Below, in pieces: positions 1 to 12,098 of a stretch of DNA of 47,750 nucleotides; within the stretch, counting starts at the first letter, position 1; every line of letters starts with the position of its first letter. Below the pieces are notes generated by a model that was not told the origin of the DNA, ran no database searches, and saw only the letters and a list, made by a program, of their open reading frames with translations. Source of the DNA: Tubiluchus corallicola (Eukaryota > Animalia > Priapulida); assembly GCA_030141605.1 (NCBI GenBank), contig JAQGDQ010001315.1, forward strand, positions 1 through 47,750, given 5' to 3'. Both the position numbers and the translations under genes were made by a program.

Positions 1-1240
1 TTAATTAATGGATTTAGAAAAAAAAATTTTAATGTTAGTTTCGAATTTATCTCTTAGTTATCTTTCGGTTCGACATTTATTTCACTGAATATTCACATAG
101 TCTAGGAAAAAAGATTCAGCATTATCCTTATTGTTTATCGCTGACCCACTTTCATTATTTTTACTGAAGTTATAATTTGTTCAATGTATCTGTAATCGAC
201 GTAACTTCGATATTGCTTTAGTTTTTTTATATTGTTTCTTATGTTGGGTTGAGTTTTGATTTATATGTAATTATTAGTTTTGTTTTTGATGAGTTTAAAT
301 TTTCTGTTTTGTTTGCTAATTTAAATCTTGTCTCTTCTCATAGCTAAACTTATTTACTGTTTCTAAATTTAAACTTATTTGAACTTGTTGCCTCATTTAT
401 TTTTATTTTATTTATTTTTTATTTATTTTGTTAAGTTGCTGATTATTTTCATTTGTACATACCTTACTTGACAGGTCACTTAATTTTCTTCAGTTTGGAT
501 AGGGGTGGTTGACTTGGTGACCCTTGGTCTTTTCGCCACCCCGTCTCTTTTCCGTCTTTATTTTAGTTTTTACCTTTTGTTTATGTTTATTTCGTAAAAT
601 TCTGAGACTAATAAATTTTTTACTTACTTACTTCATCACATATGATGGTACATGGTTTTTAAGTACAACACACGCAGAGTCAAAAAGAAACACTACTAGC
701 ACAACAGGGTCGCCCGTGTGTGAGCGAGAGTCCTCTCTCTACCTAGCGTGCGCAGCTTCTTATCTCAGACAACAACTAAATACTGAAAGGGCGGAAACTT
801 TGAAGCTCACTGGTCCGTCACAGGCTCTGGTTCCATACAGGGATTCACGAGTATGTACAAATATAAAGGAGGAATTAAAGAAAAAACTCTTTAAACAGAA
901 CGTTTTCGATGATGTCAAGCAAAAATAGGGGGCGCCGCAGTTTCACAGTGCCCATACACGAGCCGCCACTACAAGATTATGTTTCCACAAGCATGAAATA
1001 TGCACAATTATGCACCATTATTTGCATTTTGTGCATCGCACAGACATTATGGTCAACAAAGACAAGACACAAAATGTAAATAAGACAAGACTCATTTGGG
1101 ACTTAAAGAAGAAATCAAAAACACCCCAAGGCCACACAGTGTCCATATCAAACATTACAGCATTTGTGAATGGTACACCAGTCAAAAAAATCACTCCTCA
1201 AATTAGCTAAGTTTAAAGAAGCAAACGGCCCTGAACTTAC

Positions 1241-1420
1241 ATATTTATCGAAGTCTAAAAACAAGGCAAGATGGCGGGGTATCACAGGTATGTTACGCAT
1301 GACAATCTGCAGGTAGATTTCCAACTCTCCCAGCCGGCGGCGCACGAACGATTCGGACTGCTTTCCAAACAGCTTCTTAGGTGGCAGCAGCGTCTTTTCC
1401 AATTTGTATTCAGAGACGAG
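1241..1420 (-). CDS. NISCH: Nischarin-like gene, coding exon 3 (LVSEYKLEKTLLPPKKLFGKQSESFVRRRLGELEIYLQ...FLDFDKY); gene continues beyond the left edge of the window
   Basis: tctttcag acceptor, 180 nt, TAT|gtaagt donor. PX motifs LPPKK and R..LE.YLQ; matches NISCH LVAERKIDKNLLPPKKIIGK. Confidence 0.92.
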
Positions 1421-1671
1421 CTGAAAGAAAGTGATTAGGAGATGTCATGAGTAAAACATTGATTCTCTGAACGTTTTAGCTGCACGGCAGCTGAACAATC
1501 AACTATGCCAATATGAACTCATGATTCAGTGTCATTGCAAAAATAAATTGATTTTTTACTTTTTAACTGCAAAATCCAGTCACTAAGAAAATTTTATTTA
1601 AAGTATGTTAGAAAAACAGAACCAAAAAGTAGTGTAATGTGTAATGAAGAGCAAATTCACATTTATCTATC

Positions 1672-1674
<3 letters not shown>

Positions 1675-1730
<56 letters not shown>
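1675..1730. repeat. (TAA)n microsatellite
   Basis: About 18 perfect TAA units. Confidence 0.95.
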
Positions 1731-1731
<1 letters not shown>

Positions 1732-1740
1732 ATAAAATTT

Positions 1741-2312
1741 ACATGTGTGCCTGCAAATCAATATTGTCCACAAGCTGGCATAGTTAAAACTACGTTATGA
1801 TGTTTCAAAGTAGAATTTATAAAAACAAATGCTAAATATATTAAGCTTTCCTATTCTAACACCAAATTATCAAGAAAAAACACAAATCTAACTTTCTAAA
1901 TATAAAGCTGCACCCATTTTTCATGCTAGAAACTACTACTGCAATTCCAAAAAACTGGTTATTTCAAACTGAGATATTAGCTGGTGGAAGCAATCATTTT
2001 ACTGAATTTAAGCATAACTTCAATTTGCTCTTGCAAAATCTGTAGCAACAACATTTGTACGGTTGCTAAGTGTTTTCTAGAAATGCGACAAAAAACAATG
2101 GCTAATTTTAACAGCAATTTTCTCAAGATTAAGTTTTTCAGTGCGCAGCCTGCACCTCGACTTCAACGTGGATTATCTCAGCTTAGAAATAACGTAGAGC
2201 GATGAACTTGGTATCAAAATGATCCTCATGAAATGGAGATTCAGCATACGTGAATAACTAAAAAACCTTGATTGCTGACTTATGGACGATTTTGCTGTGC
2301 AAACACACATAT
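1741..2312. mobile_element. Non-autonomous DNA transposon (MITE) with ~40-bp imperfect TIRs, superfamily unassigned
   Basis: Left end ACATGTGTGCCTGCAAATCAATATTGTCCACAAGCTGGCA; reverse complement of right end ATATGTGTGTTTGCACAGCAAAATCGTCCATAAGTCAGCA. A second diverged copy lies at ~16490-16748. Confidence 0.7.
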
Positions 2313-2857
2313 AGAGCCCCAAGTATACAAAAATACTCAGTTGCACTTTACAATCAAGGATTTTACAAAACTTAAAATAAATCATGAAACTGTTTATACC
2401 GCTTATAAAGAAGCCTTAAAAAATTTAGATTAAGAAATTAATACAAAATCTAGTTAGCAGAATAAAAATGCAATTCAATTCCCACATTGTAATATAAAAA
2501 GGTATGTCTTGAACAATTTTTCAAACATAATTAAATTATAATTCTAAGTATCACAGCTTCTAATGTTCAATGGAAGTTTGTTCCAAAACAGCTGGAGAGG
2601 CAATAGAAAAGGCACATAAAGGTTTTGGTTGTGTCTGCCCATAAGAATGACAGTAACGCATATATTATGTCCAAAAAAGGCACAATGACCATTTTTTACT
2701 ATAATTGAAATTAATAAATACACCTTTGCACAGCAAAATAATTTGAAATTAGTACGAATTTTAGTATTTTGGCAATTTCACAAATTATAAAAAACACATC
2801 AAAGCCCGAATGGCTTTCCTGTCACAAAATGGCAAGTAAAAATTTTACTTTGAACAA

Positions 2858-2936
2858 AAAATTCACATAATATATACACCAAAAATGTACATAGGAAAAT
2901 TTACATAATATATACACCAAAAATGTACATAGGAAA
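2858..2936. repeat. 38-bp tandem duplication
   Basis: acataatatatacaccaaaaatgtacatagga occurs at 2865 and 2903. Confidence 0.85.
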
Positions 2937-3428
2937 AAATTTACCTACATAATAAAATATAAGTATTAGTGATAAAGGTTGTTAGCAAATATTCATGGAT
3001 TGTAAGTATTTGAACTAAGAGAATTTGCTTCTATTTATTATATACTACACTTATATTAAAAAAAGAGATTCAAATTCCATTACATATAAAATTGTTGTTA
3101 CAGTTTTTAACGCTCGCCATAAAAGAATACGCAGCTTCCTTTATTAAAACATCAAATTGCATAATTGTCTAGCACTGTAGTCATAATGTAGCAAAAATAA
3201 CGCTCTTTTGTATTTATTGTAAGTCACTTTAAAATCATTTTAAACGCACGAATGAAAATTTCTGCAAAGAGTGGCACCATATATACAAGTACAAAAGCTT
3301 CTGAGCAAATGTTTTTTAACTTCCTCGCTACAATTGCTAAAAATTCCGAATAAAAATATTTGCTCTAGCTGTCGAAAACACTTTTGTAAAGTAAATACTT
3401 TAGTACTAAAAGTGAATGATTGTTAAAC

Positions 3429-3512
3429 CTTTTCATGTAGCTCATAAAATTCGCTGTATCTTCTGCGTACAGTCCACGTTGCTGCCCCTACTGTTACTTG
3501 AATGTTGTAAAC
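3429..3512 (-). CDS. NISCH: Nischarin-like gene, coding exon 2 ([28 protein letters not shown])
   Basis: tctttcag acceptor, 84 nt, AAG|gtttaa donor. Contains the PX-domain RRYSEF motif; human NISCH has [28 protein letters not shown]. Confidence 0.92.
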
Positions 3513-3847
3513 CTGAAAGAAAGAATACACGCTTGATTAGTAAATAAATTACATTAAGACTTACAGGTGACTGGAAAATATTCTACTACATCTAACTAAG
3601 CTTCGTCTTTGAACAATTTCTAAGGCTCAATCACAAATAAGAAATAAGTCCAGGCTATTTCCAGGCTCAGATAAACCATGCGACTGCGAACTGTTGCAAT
3701 TACAAATGCCAGGTCTCAACACAACATATCTGGTATCATTCTAGCTGCGTAACGTTTATAATGCTTTCAATCTCACGAATCATGTCATGTTTAGATGGGT
3801 TCCAAATCACATCAGCATAATCTCAGACATGCCTTATCATAGACTTG

Positions 3848-4614
3848 TAAAGATTGATTAACATACTAGTGTCTAAAGTTAAAGATTGATTAACCTACTA
3901 GTGTCCAAGTATCTAAAGTCAAAGACTGATTAACCTACTAGTGTCCAAGTGTCTAAAGTTAAAGATTGATTAACCTACTAGTGTCCAAGTATCTAAAGTC
4001 AAAGATTGATTAACCTACTAGTGTCCAAGTATCTAAAGTCAAAGATTGATTAACCTACTAGTGTCCAAGTATCTAAAGTCAAAGATTGATTAACCTACTA
4101 GTGTCCAAGTATCTAAAGTCAAAGATTGATTAACCTACTAGTGTCCAAGTATCTAAAGTCAAAGATTGATTAACCTACTAGTGTCCAAGTGTCTAAAGTT
4201 AAAGATTGATTAACCTACTAGTGTCCAAGTGTCTAAAGTTAAAGATTGATTAACCTACTAGTGTCCAAGTGTCTAAAGTTAAAGATTGATTAACCTACTA
4301 GTGTCCAAGTGTCTAAAGTTAAAGATTGATTAACCTACTAGTGTCCAAGTGTCTAAAGTCAAAGACTGATTAACCTACTAGTGTCCAAGTGTCTAAAGTT
4401 AAAGATTGATTAACCTACTAGTGTCCAAGTATCTAAAGTCAAAGATTGATTAACCTACTAGTGTCCAAGTGTCTAAAGTTAAAGATTGATTAACCTACTA
4501 GTGTCCAAGTGTCTAAAGTTAAAGATTTATTAACCTACTAGTGTCCAAGTGTCTAAAGTTAAAGATTTATTAACCTACTAGTGTCCAAGTGTCTAAAGTT
4601 AAAGATTGATTAAC
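3848..4614. repeat. 40-bp minisatellite, ~19 copies, in NISCH intron 1
   Basis: Unit (A/G)TCTAAAGT(C/T)AAAGATTGATTAACCTACTAGTGTCCAAGT repeated head-to-tail with few variant positions. Confidence 0.97.
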
Positions 4615-4639
4615 GTTAATCTTCTGTGTGCTTCTTCTG

Positions 4640-5345
4640 CGAGCATCAGTGAATGTGATTTGTAAGTTTTACTGAGCTTGTTGTCCACAGTAATACCAAC
4701 ATGTTTTTCCTCAGATGCGTGATGGTCTGAGATTACTATTATGTGTGTTGAAATATGGTGATTCACTGGATATTTAGTGGTTACCTATTTTCATGAGTTT
4801 ACAATTATCAAGGTTGACATTCATCTGCCAAGTATTGCTCCACTAGTCTGGAAGATCTACATATTTTGCGCATGATATTGATCCTCAATGATGGACATTT
4901 ATTTTGGTGTCATCTGCCGACAGCTTGTATCCACAAGTGAATATGCTCGGTAAATCGTTAATGAACATTGTGACTAAAACTGAATTTAGAACACTTCCCC
5001 TTGGAATACCACTATCTCCATTCTGATTTACCATCAACATTTACTTTGCAATCTTACATACAGGAAACTGCGAATCAATATTAGTAAAAGCCTCTCACGC
5101 GGGACACGATCAAACACAGTCATAGTATATCACATCCATCATTCCATCTGTATCCAAGATTTCCAGCCAATCTTCTATGGCTTCTAAGAGATTAGTGACA
5201 CACGGATTTCTTGTTCTGAAGCCATGTTGGTTGTCAGACATTAAATTATAATTTACATCCAGGTGATTGACAATTTTGTCTCGTAGAATAGCCTCTAAGA
5301 TTTTGCAAACAACTGAAGTTAAATTAATTGGTCTATAGTTTTTTT
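4640..5345 (-). mobile_element. Degenerate CR1-group LINE reverse transcriptase fragment
   Basis: KNYRPINLTSVVCKILE...NQHGFR...CVTNLLE...DVIYYD, followed in broken frames by GIPRGSVL and SADDTK. Confidence 0.85.
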
Positions 5346-5512
5346 GCCATGCTGCCATTCCCTGCTGTGACATACGCAGCTCTGCAGCTCATTGTAATGC
5401 TTCCTTCTCCTAAACTTTTATTCAAGACATACGGAAGAGGTTCCATTAGGCCATCTTAGTATAATACATATAGTATATATAATTATGTACATTTAGTACA
5501 TTTTGTTGTCTA

Positions 5513-6013
5513 ACCTAGCCGCTGGGGTGGGGGCAAGCCAGCCCAACTCAGTGCCGGTCCCATTCCCAGACAAATAGGGATGGTTATGGTCAGGAAGGGC
5601 ATCCACCTGTAAAAACTGCGCCAAAACCTTCGATGAATGAGTCGGTGAGACTTAAAGGTAAAGTCCACAAAGAAGTGGTCAGACCCGCTCTAATCTATGG
5701 GCTGGAAGCAGCTTCTCTAAAGAAGACCGAAGAGAAGAGAATGGGTGTGGTGGAGATGAGGATGTTGAGATGGATGGTGGGAATAACAAGAAGAGATAAA
5801 ATTAGAAATAATAATATCAGAGGAACAGTAAAAGTAGTGGAAGCCTCGCAAGATCGCGATGGTATGGACACCTGAAAAGAAGAGTGGGTGAAGATCATGT
5901 GGGAGGGGAAGACATAAATGAAGAGATGGTCAACAACAGGAATGTGTGGAGAAGACTCATTCACAATGGCGACCCCACATAGGGAAAAGCTGGGAAGAAG
6001 AAGAAGAAGAAGG
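5513..6013 (+). mobile_element. Internally deleted RTE-clade retroposon with (GAA)n tail and 15-bp TSD
   Basis: TSD ACATTTTGTTGTCTA at 5498-5512 and 6014-6028. RTE-type 5' motif GGTCAGGAAGGGCATCC..TAAAAAC, RTE C-terminal peptide LKGKV..VVRPALIYG..EMRMLRWMVG.TRRDKIRN, and GAAGAAGAAG tail. Confidence 0.88.
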
Positions 6014-6028
6014 ACATTTTGTTGTCTA

Positions 6029-6300
6029 CTAAAACACTTGCATGGATCTCATCAGGACCTATAGATTTATTAGTTTGTAAGGATATAATTTTCTTAAATA
6101 GACAGATGAGGTATGTCATCTGTCTTACATCAAGCTTGACATCAGTTCACTGTGGAAAGATCAGAATGTGTGTTAAGTCTCTACTAGCGTAAGCAGAGCT
6201 GAAACAGTTTCACAGAATATTTGCTTTGTTGCTATCAGTGGAAGCAAAACTACCATCCTTGCATTTTAGTAGGTGAACATGTTCTTTCTTCACCACATTA
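6029..6300 (-). mobile_element. Upstream continuation of the CR1-type LINE at 4640-5345
   Basis: Minus strand reads LQTNKSIGPDEIHA, the K(S/A)xGPD motif that precedes NYRPI in LINE ORF2. Confidence 0.6.
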
Positions 6301-6429
6301 GAGTTAATATATGACCAAAAAGCTTTTGATTGGTCGAACTTTCTCTAGAAAGCTTTTGTTCATAATTTTTTGTGAATAAGTCAAGCAAGTCCGGCGAAAT
6401 GTAGCACGACTTGTACGAAATGAATATAT

Positions 6430-6780
6430 CAGAAATGCTGAAGTATCTAAGATGATCTCCGAACTCGGGCGGGAAACACTAGAAATTAGAAGCCGACAAA
6501 CGATACTAAACATCTTTCATGATAATAGTACATCACCGGATATAAATTTACCAACTTACATCACCCTGTCTCTCAAGGATACCAACTTACATCACCCTGT
6601 CTCTCAAGGATACCAACTTACATCACCCTGTCTCTCAAGGATACCAACAAATTTGTTCAGCGAGCAGCAAAAGTCAATATTTATATATACTCCTTCTACC
6701 CCAGAACAACACCCTTGTGGAACAAACTTCCACCGGATATCTGAGAAATCACTTCTAGAGATCACTTCTGAGCACTAGCT
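6430..6780 (+). mobile_element. LINE (CR1/L2-type) ORF2 C-terminal remnant containing a 31-bp triplication (6550-6648)
   Basis: MISELG.ETLE.R, then YSFYPRT..LWNKLP in a shifted frame. ACCAACTTACATCACCCTGTCTCTCAAGGAT is repeated three times. Confidence 0.7.
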
Positions 6781-7373
6781 GTTTCTACCATTAGGGTGCC
6801 ATCCCATCCACCTGTCTGTAAATCTAACTGTGTTTTAGCCCGCACCCACCATGTTTGCTTTACCTGTTTCACCTCTTTTAATAACCTCTAACGCCATCAC
6901 CAGTTAGCGCGTTGCTTTTCTCACCATGCATATTAACCGTGCGCACCCCCAAACTTCTACTATGTCGTCAAAGACTTTCAGAAGTACATTTTTCAAGACT
7001 TTTGTTGCATTGCATATTCCAGCAGTTGCATTATTCCTAGCTACAGTATATGCAGCATAGTTGTTCACTGAGTTTGCTGTCGTATCCTCTCTATGCGCTC
7101 TTCTTTTCTTTTACTTTACGACGCACTTCTTCGTTGAACCCTCTAAGTTTAACTACTTTCACTTTTTGGTTAGGTATAAGACAAGATCAGGAAAAAAATC
7201 GGGAATTTTCTAAATTATGCTCAAAAATCAGTACATGATAAGTTATTGTTTATTATATTATTTACAACAACGGTAGTAGCGCACTGGTTTTATTTTAAGT
7301 TACTAGTTTATTTATTTAAAAATTATTATTATTGAATATACGAACAATTCAGTTAAACATGCATAAAATTTAC

Positions 7374-7460
7374 CGTGTAGTTATTGACATGCTCAGTTCC
7401 AATAATTTTCACTGTTTGCCCAATATCAACTCCTTGCGGTGCTGGAACAAAGCTTGCCAT
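7374..7460 (-). CDS. NISCH: Nischarin-like PX-domain gene, coding exon 1 (MASFVPAPQGVDIGQTVKIIGTEHVNNYT)
   Basis: ATG at 7460, 87 nt (29 codons), ends at phase-0 donor ACG|gtaaat. KIIGTEHVNNYT resembles the human NISCH N-terminus as I recall it (RVVGSELVDTYT) and joins in frame to the next exon. Confidence 0.85.
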
Positions 7461-7989
7461 TATTCATAAAGTTTCGTTATTTTGTACAAAAAACTGTCTG
7501 TTATTTTCAGGAAGTTTCAACTACGATCCGCCATGACAGTTTACAAATGAAGAGTTTCGTGCTTCGTTGGCGCACTCAGTTGATTCAATTTTTATTGCGT
7601 TTTATTAACAAAAAGGTCGTACCTAGCTCAGTACCTCAAACATTAATTATTTTTATATTAGATCTAGAGTGTTTATTCCTGTCCCGTTTATCACATTGGA
7701 CGCAAAATTAACACCGTCTTCTCCGATTACCTATGATTCTTTAAGCATTTTGTCATAACTCACCTTTCACCTTTAACTCGTCTTTGCTGCTACCCCCATT
7801 ACTTTGGCTAATTTTGAGACTTTAATTTTGGTGGCAATTGTTAATGATTTGGCACATTATAATAATTATACACTATTACACGCATACATAGAGCAAAAAC
7901 TTGACAACAATAACTAAGGATTCAAGTACCATGCTGTAGGTAGATATTTGCAGACATGTTTGCACTCATTGATCCAATCTATATTTCGT

Positions 7990-8720
7990 TTTTAATGGCA
8001 TTAACATACTTTTCAGTGGTCCCTTTAGACTGATTAACTGCAAATGCTCTGACAACCTTTTGAGGTAAACCATTCCATTATCTTATAGTTGAAAAATATT
8101 TTGTTAATCTTGCTTTGCTCTTTTATTGTACAGTTGTAACTGATATCCTCATATCATCCTCTCATGATTCTTGAAAGTGAGGAAGTTTCCAACATCTACA
8201 TCATCAATTCCTTTGATGATATTGAACCTTCTATTAAATAAGCACACGTTCTTCTAGTTAATGCGGGCCTAGACGCTTAAGTCGGTGACAATATGGAACA
8301 TTCTTCAGCCCTTCAAACATTTTTGTAGCCCTTCTTTGGACACCCTCGATCAAATATAATTATTATATATATCCGTCTTTAATAAAGTACGAATTCTAAA
8401 CAGGCCTGGCATATTCCACAATTGGACATACTTTGGAATTATATAACTTGACGAGTATGCTTGCATTTTTATGAATGAATGTTCTGTTTATCATGCCGAG
8501 TATCATGTTTGCTTTTTTGACTTTAATGGAGATGTGCTTTCCAGGTTTTACATCAAATGATATTATGACGCCTAAGTCAGTTTCTTCCTGGACATTAAAT
8601 TTTAATGATGTGTTATTAACCAAAATTATTATGACCTTGGCGTGGAGTTCAAAACCCCATATGCATTAATTTACATTTCCTTTCATTGAATAACATTTGC
8701 CATTCTTGTGCCCAATTAAA
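7990..8720 (-). mobile_element. Degenerate CR1 LINE 3' fragment
   Basis: EETDLGVII...KKANMILGMINRTF...LYNS.V.P.VEYA, IEGVQRRATK, WNGLPQ. Confidence 0.85.
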
Positions 8721-10619
8721 AAGCACTGGTAGATAGTTTCTTAGGAGCAGAATTTTATTATGTGCCTATTCTACTGCTGTGTCATCAACGATACTAATTT
8801 GCTTCAGGTTTTCTTCAAATGCCCTTGACCAGAAATGTTCTGGAAGGTCTGTGCCAGGCAATTATTGGCCTTAATATCGCTTCTGCTCTTCTTACAATAA
8901 AACCATTCGTTTTTCCCTGACCCTTTTTGAGTGGCAGTGTTCACGAAAATAAAGTTATAGCCAATCAGCTTCATTTACCCATAACCATCACTGGATCCAG
9001 ATAATGGATGCACTTTTGCCCTTCTGAAAACTTCTTCATTGATTTTAATCTCTGAGCATTGGGGATTTTAAAAAACTCATAATGCAGGTTCTTTTCCCTC
9101 ATCTTAAGGCTTTGCATTAAATTAAATTTTTTAAGTAAAATTTAATGTTTATGAATTGTGGGGTATCCATAGATGTATACCAAGACTTTCAAGAAAATGG
9201 GATTCTTTAAAAGCCCGAGATGGGAATTAAAATTAAGGCGTTCACTTTTAATTCATGTTAACGCACAAATGCAGAAGTCTATAGTCATGAAACTGACACA
9301 GTCAACATCTGTGGCAAAGACCTCAGAAATAGTAAGATATGTGAACAGTGACCTCAATCAAAGAGTTAACGAAATTTAATCGACATCAGATGTTTATTTG
9401 CATTCAAGTTTCTTAGGGTTTCGAGTTAAATCCACATATTTCGGTTTTGAGGCTTAATACTCTACAATTTTTTATAAATGTAAATAAATCACATGTATTG
9501 GACCAGGCACAGGCATATGATAAATGCAGTTAATCGTTCTCATAGATTTGGATGTGTATTCATTCAGTGGTGTTAACGTTTTAATAATAATGACTTCGTC
9601 TACCTTTCATCAGGATCCCGTTCATGGGAAACGTTTAATTTCTTTGTAATCCTAACTGTTTATCCACTAAAAACAAACTTTAAAGCACTTGGCAAATAGT
9701 GTTACGTGTTTATATTTAAACAGTAGTTGCCATTGGCAAAATTGAGCAATATTCTTGATTATTTAACGATTTTGATAAGAAGTATTCTGTTAATCAAATA
9801 TTTAGCCATATTAATTTCAGCATGTGCATCAATTCTATATCACAGTAAAATACAGCTGGTCGTATTCTTACAAATTTTCTCATGTTAATATTATCACAAT
9901 TTGTGCTAATGAGTAACAATTTGTTAAAACTCATTCGTGTGTGTAAATACATGATACAGCAGGACTCCTCTAATCACACAGCAGGAAATGGGTTTGTGTA
10001 CGAACAGAATTATATCATTTAATTAACTTCAATAAGTTAATAATCAACTAAAAAATTTAAACTTACGACAACATGCGGAGAGCCTACAGGTAGCTGATCT
10101 TCAACTAAGTATCTGTGGCCCTGAGAAGCATGGTTGACGTAGATACACAGCAGTTTGATTTGTCAAAAGTGATATCACTTCTTTTTGATTTGTTAACTGT
10201 ACGTTATTTGAAAGTTGTGCTTACTGTGTTTTTTACGATAATGTAGAAAGGTGGAGCAAAAATAGAATAGACAAATAGAAAATTGCAAACATTGAAAGCG
10301 GCATAAAAATGATGGCGCCTGCCGTAAGTAATTGTGTGCTGAAGTACCGCTACTTTTGGTCTACTTTTGCAAATGAAAAGGGTATGGCATCGAGGTGAGG
10401 CTCACAAAAACGTTTTTAAAACTTTCGTTGTCACTTTACAGTTAATTTTTACTACGCATACGGAACTTTCGGCCATCTTACATGCAATTTATACCAAAAT
10501 CAAAATTTGGCTGAAAAATGACTTTTTTCGAAAATCAGCTGTAACTCTATAACTAACAAGCTGCAAGACAGTCGATTTTGAATAAAAACCCTTTATACCA
10601 GTACTTATTCATTTTGCCA

Positions 10620-12098
10620 TCACTGCTTATTATTATCCAGATCATTAGGCTCTGTTTTTATAACTGTAGCATTTGTGTTGTGATTTGCATTACTAATGCA
10701 GCTTTCTAAATCGTCCTCAAACGCAACTGTTTCGGTTTTGATAGGTGCATTATCAGTTTCTATGCCATGATCATCACCAGTCTTAAAATGTTCAAAGTGT
10801 TTGGATGAAGTGTCTGTCAGAGCACAATTAAATGGTTTTTCTCTACTTGAAGTTCTTAAATGCTTTGTTCTTTGATGTTTATTCAAACTGCCTAGTTGAG
10901 TGAAAGCGGCATCACACTTGTCACACTTGTATGGTCGTTCACCAGTATGAATTCTTAAATGTTGCTTCAGATTGCTTAACTGGGTAAATGCACTTTCACA
11001 CTCATTGCATTTAAATGGTCGCTCTCCCGTATGAGTTCTCGAATGAGATTTCAGATTTCCAGCATCAGCAAAGGCTCTATTACAAAAATTGCAATTAAAA
11101 GGCTTTTCGCCAGAGTGAGTTCTTAAATGTCGTTTTAACTCACTTGACTGGACAAAGTCAGCATCACAGTGAGTACACTGAAAAGGTTTCTTTTCTAAGT
11201 GCCTTCTCATATGCCTCGTTAACTCTCCAATTTGAAAAAAACCGGTATCACAATGATCACATTTAAAAGGCTTTTCTCCTAAATGGCTAATGAGGTGCCT
11301 TTTCAAAAGATACGGCCACGCAAATGCTATGTCACACTCGTCACAGTAAAAAGGCTTTTCTCCCGTATGATTCCTCACATGTACTTTTAGATTACCAAAC
11401 TGAGCAAAAGCAGCATCACAGTACTCACATTTGAATGGTTTTTCTCCAGAATGAATGCTCAAATGCCTTTTTAAATGATACGATTCAGCAAATTTGGCGT
11501 CACATGCTTCACACTTGAAAGGCTTTTCTTTTGTGTGCGTTCTCAAATGTCGTTTGAGAGCTCCTGACTGGCTAAACGAAGCATCACAGTGACTACACTT
11601 AAAAGGCCTTTCGCCTGTGTGAATTCTTAGGTGCCTCTTCAAGTGAAATGATTTAGCAAATGCAGCATCACACTGAAAGCATTGATGTTTTCTTTCTGAA
11701 TTTGTACGGCTGTCACAGTTCAAAGTATTGGAATAATCTAACATTTTTGTTACATCAGATGAAGCATTATGTTCTGTGTTTTTAGGTATGTCTTCACTTT
11801 GCGTGTCCTCATCGTCTGAAACATCATGTTCTAGTTTCACTGATGTTTTGCCAGCTTCCTCTGAAACATCATGTTCTAGTTTCACTAATGTTTTGCCAGC
11901 TTTCTCCGAAATATCGTGTTCCGTGTTCACTGATGCTCTTCTGGAATTCAACAAAGATTTTCTTGCGCAATCATCATTCGAATGACTCATGTCATCTTCT
12001 GCTGTAAGATTACCTTCACTATCTAGTGTTTTGTCACTGAAAGTATCATCTACTAGTTCAGTTTTTATAGGAAAGAAACCAGACTGTTCGACTTCCAT
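10620..12098 (-). CDS. Tandem C2H2 zinc-finger protein (10 fingers, ~492 aa), single coding exon
   Basis: Ten CxxC..HxxxH fingers with TGE(K/R)P linkers. Acceptor tcattttacag ends at 12125; an in-frame ATG-TAA upstream makes MEVEQ (ATG at 12098) the likely start. Confidence 0.93.
   Translation of the reverse strand: MEVEQSGFFPIKTELVDDTFSDKTLDSEGNLTAEDDMSHSNDDCARKSLLNSRRASVNTEHDISEKAGKTLVKLEHDVSEEAGKTSVKLEHDVSDDEDTQSEDIPKNTEHNASSDVTKMLDYSNTLNCDSRTNSERKHQCFQCDAAFAKSFHLKRHLRIHTGERPFKCSHCDASFSQSGALKRHLRTHTKEKPFKCEACDAKFAESYHLKRHLSIHSGEKPFKCEYCDAAFAQFGNLKVHVRNHTGEKPFYCDECDIAFAWPYLLKRHLISHLGEKPFKCDHCDTGFFQIGELTRHMRRHLEKKPFQCTHCDADFVQSSELKRHLRTHSGEKPFNCNFCNRAFADAGNLKSHSRTHTGERPFKCNECESAFTQLSNLKQHLRIHTGERPYKCDKCDAAFTQLGSLNKHQRTKHLRTSSREKPFNCALTDTSSKHFEHFKTGDDHGIETDNAPIKTETVAFEDDLESCISNANHNTNATVIKTEPNDLDNNKQ

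Noticed and set aside
524-928. 134-aa ORF with a hydrophobic N-terminus
   Set aside because: TTG start, hydrophobicity comes from a T-rich tract, and it is antisense within a NISCH intron.
1148-1240. C-terminal tail of the 84-aa ORF 1148-1402
   Set aside because: It lies past the gtaagt donor at 1240 and is intron read-through.
3848-4614. CRISPR-like regular array
   Set aside because: Units are contiguous with no unique spacers, there are no cas genes, and the context is a eukaryotic intron.
7439-7711. Plus-strand 90-aa ORF overlapping the NISCH start
   Set aside because: GTG start, no recognisable motifs, and it lies in the promoter/5' UTR region.
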